Below are positions 36,091 through 38,367 of a stretch of DNA of 38,367 bases, in pieces. Under the pieces are notes generated by a model. The model searched no databases and was not told where the DNA came from. It saw only the letters and a list, made by a program, of their open reading frames with translations. This DNA comes from Rubrobacter sp. GTDB taxonomy: Bacteria > Actinomycetota > Rubrobacteria > Rubrobacterales > Rubrobacteraceae. Numbering within the stretch: position 1 is the first letter of the stretch; the number at the start of each line of letters is the position of its first letter. The DNA is taken from positions 1 through 38,367 of the forward strand of contig JADDPV010000073.1 in the NCBI GenBank assembly GCA_016781705.1, written 5' to 3'. Both the position numbers and the translations under genes were made by a program.

Positions 36091-37839
36091 TCAGATCGGG
36101 CGTCTGAGCGAGGCGTCCAGCAGCGACACTTCCCTCTTCAGCAGCTCGGCGAACTCGTCGGGGGGGAGCGGCCTGCTGAAGTAATAGCCTTGGGCCTCGT
36201 CGCATCCCCGCTCGCGCAAACACGCCAGCTGCTCCTCGGTCTCTACGCCCTCGATGATGACCTTGAGGCGAAGGTCGTGTGCCAGCCTGATTATGGCGGT
36301 GGTAATCGCCTTGTCATCGGGATCGGTCGGGAGGTCCCGGACAAAGGACTGGTCGATCTTGAGCCGGTCGATCGGGAAAGTTTTCAGGCGGTAGAGCGAG
36401 GAGTAGCCGGTCCCGAAGTCGTCCATGGAGACCCGGGTACCCACCACGGCCGTTTTCAGCTCGTTCAACACCTGCGAGTTGGCGTGTACGTCCTCCATGA
36501 GGAGACTCTCGGTTATCTCCAGCTCCAGATGATGGGAGTCGAGTCCGGTCTCTTTGAGGATACCGGCTATAGTGCCTATCAGATCGCCCTGACCGAACTG
36601 ACGGGCCGAGAGGTTCACCGCCATCCGCAGGGGCGCGAGGCCCGAGTCTTGCCAGGCTTTGCCCTGGCGGCAGGCGGTCCGCAAGACCCACTTTCCGACT
36701 TTGACGATATAGCCGGTGTTCTCCAGCACGGGGATGAACTCGGCTGGAGAGACGAGGCCGCGGTCAGGATGTCTCCAGCGCAGAAGAGCCTCCGCCCCGA
36801 CAATCTTGCCGGTGGCGAGTTGCACCTGCGGCTGATAGTAGAGCAGAAACTCTTCTCGGTCCAGGGCGCGGCGTAGATCCCTCTCCAGGGCCAGGTGCGC
36901 AGAGGCCTGGACGTTCATCTCCTCCGTATAGAACTGGTGGTTGTTGCCACCCTGCTTCTTGGCACGGTACATGGCGGCGTCGGCGTCCTTCAGCAATCTG
37001 TCCCTCCCTGATAAGGGCCAGACCGCTATGCCGAGGCTGGCGGCCACGGGGATCTCGTGCCCGTCCAGGACGAGGGGTTCCAAGAGGACGTCCAGGATAC
37101 CGCGCCCCACCAGGGCGGCGTCCCGCGCATCGGACAAGGCTTCGAGTATGATCGCGAACTCATCGCCTCCCAGACGTGCCACGGTGTCGCTCTCCCGCAC
37201 GCGCCCTTCTATACGCTTCGCCACCTCACGGAGCAGCGCATCTCCGCCGGCGTGTCCCAAAGTGTCGTTGACGGCCTTGAACCGGTCCAGGTCCAGGAAC
37301 ATGAGCGCCACCATGTCGCCGTCGCGTTGAGCCCGGGCGAGCGCCTGTTCCAGGCGATCCTGGAACAGGGTGCGGTTGGCGAGGCCTGTGAGGGGGTCGT
37401 ACTGCGCCAGGTAGGCCAGTTCCTCTTGGAACTTCTCTTCCGCTTTCTTGCGCTCGATAGCATAGCGGATGGACCGCGCAATAAGCTCGCCGTCCCCCCG
37501 TCCCTTGACCAGGTAGTCCTCCACCCCGCTCTGCAGGGCCTGCAGGGCGGTCTCCTCGTCGTCCTGGCCGCTCAGCACCACCACCGGCGTCCGGGGGGCT
37601 GCCATCCGTACTTGGTCAACGGTCTCGAGGCCACTCGAGTCCGGCAGCGAGAGGTCTAGCAGGATGATATCTAAGACCGACCGGTCCAGGCGTTCGAGGG
37701 CCTCGCCAAGCCGCCCGGCGTGGATCATCACGTCGAAGCTTGTGGACGAGCCCGCCTCGGAGAGCAGTATCTCGACCAGCCGGGCGTCGCCGGGGTTGTC
37801 CTCGACCAGCAGAACCTTGATGGCTGCGGACTGCGTTAT
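36091..37839 (-). CDS. REC-GGDEF-EAL diguanylate cyclase/phosphodiesterase (start uncertain)
   Basis: REC (IKVLLVEDN, LLDLSLPD, YLVK), RESD I-site, GGDEF, EAL, EITE, DDFGTGYSS, EGVE, QG. The frame is open back to ATA 37839; the first canonical start (GTG 37731) cuts the REC domain. Confidence 0.93.
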   Translation of the reverse strand: MTQSAAIKVLLVEDNPGDARLVEILLSEAGSSTSFDVMIHAGRLGEALERLDRSVLDIILLDLSLPDSSGLETVDQVRMAAPRTPVVVLSGQDDEETALQALQSGVEDYLVKGRGDGELIARSIRYAIERKKAEEKFQEELAYLAQYDPLTGLANRTLFQDRLEQALARAQRDGDMVALMFLDLDRFKAVNDTLGHAGGDALLREVAKRIEGRVRESDTVARLGGDEFAIILEALSDARDAALVGRGILDVLLEPLVLDGHEIPVAASLGIAVWPLSGRDRLLKDADAAMYRAKKQGGNNHQFYTEEMNVQASAHLALERDLRRALDREEFLLYYQPQVQLATGKIVGAEALLRWRHPDRGLVSPAEFIPVLENTGYIVKVGKWVLRTACRQGKAWQDSGLAPLRMAVNLSARQFGQGDLIGTIAGILKETGLDSHHLELEITESLLMEDVHANSQVLNELKTAVVGTRVSMDDFGTGYSSLYRLKTFPIDRLKIDQSFVRDLPTDPDDKAITTAIIRLAHDLRLKVIIEGVETEEQLACLRERGCDEAQGYYFSRPLPPDEFAELLKREVSLLDASLRRPI

Positions 37840-37848
37840 AGCGGGCCC

Positions 37849-38295
37849 CTAGCCATCGTTCACCTGCGGCAGCTTCGCGATGGTGAACCAGAAGGTCTCA
37901 ATGGCCTGCACGACATCAATAAAGCGGTCCAGGTCTATCGGCTTGACGATATAGGCGTTCGCGTGATGCTCGTAGGTTACGAGAAGATCCCGCTCGGCCT
38001 CGGAGGTGGTAAGGACCACCACGGGGATGGACCTCAGCTCAGGGTCTTCCTTGATCTCCACGAGCACCTCGCGGCCGTCCTTGCGTGGCAGGTTCAGGTC
38101 GAGCAGGATCAGATCCGGCCGGGGTGCGGCGGCATGCTCACCCCTCCGGCGCAGAAAGGTTATGGCCTCCACGCCGTCTTCGACATGGTACAAGTTGTTA
38201 CGCACTTTGTTTTCCTTGAGAGCCTCCTCAGCCAGGCGAGCGTCTCCCAGATTATCCTCGACCAGCAGGATCTCGATGGGCTCGGTATTGGGCAA
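37849..38295 (-). CDS. Single-domain response regulator (Rcp1-like)
   Basis: [38 protein letters not shown]-terminal FW....LP. Confidence 0.93.
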   Translation of the reverse strand: MPNTEPIEILLVEDNLGDARLAEEALKENKVRNNLYHVEDGVEAITFLRRRGEHAAAPRPDLILLDLNLPRKDGREVLVEIKEDPELRSIPVVVLTTSEAERDLLVTYEHHANAYIVKPIDLDRFIDVVQAIETFWFTIAKLPQVNDG

Positions 38296-38367
38296 GGTTT
38301 TTCATCTTCCTTCCTCTTAAGAGGCTGCGCGGATAGGGAAACGATGCGCCTACTATGTGGAAAGCGG

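Noticed and set aside
1-38367. CRISPR arrays, tRNA/rRNA, IS elements, prophage genes
   Set aside because: No regularly spaced repeats, cloverleafs, or transposase/integrase motifs were seen.

Overview
GC-rich bacterial chromosome segment, most consistent with a deep-branching actinobacterium such as Rubrobacter (inferred from gene content and style, not searched). About 28 kb is housekeeping, almost all on the minus strand: rpe, FMN riboswitch, ribD-ribE-ribBA-ribH; rpmB (plus strand); fakA-degV-recG-(rsmD/coaD fused)-sepIVA-like-yceD-rpmF-plsX-fabH-fabD-fabZ-fabG-acpP-fabF-rnc-smc-ftsY-ffh-rpsP-khpA-rimM-trmD. The left end holds a SARP/BTAD regulator divergent from a SAM methyltransferase, with a SARP-type direct repeat between them. 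The most interesting part is the right 10 kb, a candidate c-di-GMP-wired type IV pilus motor locus. It has a 1056-aa PilB with three tandem MshEN-type N-terminal domains, PilT, PilC, a closely linked SigB/F-family sigma factor, a divergent second PilT/PilU, sigma28/WhiG-like promoter motifs, and a REC plus REC-GGDEF-EAL pair whose start codons are both anomalous. No rRNA, tRNA, CRISPR array or transposase was seen.
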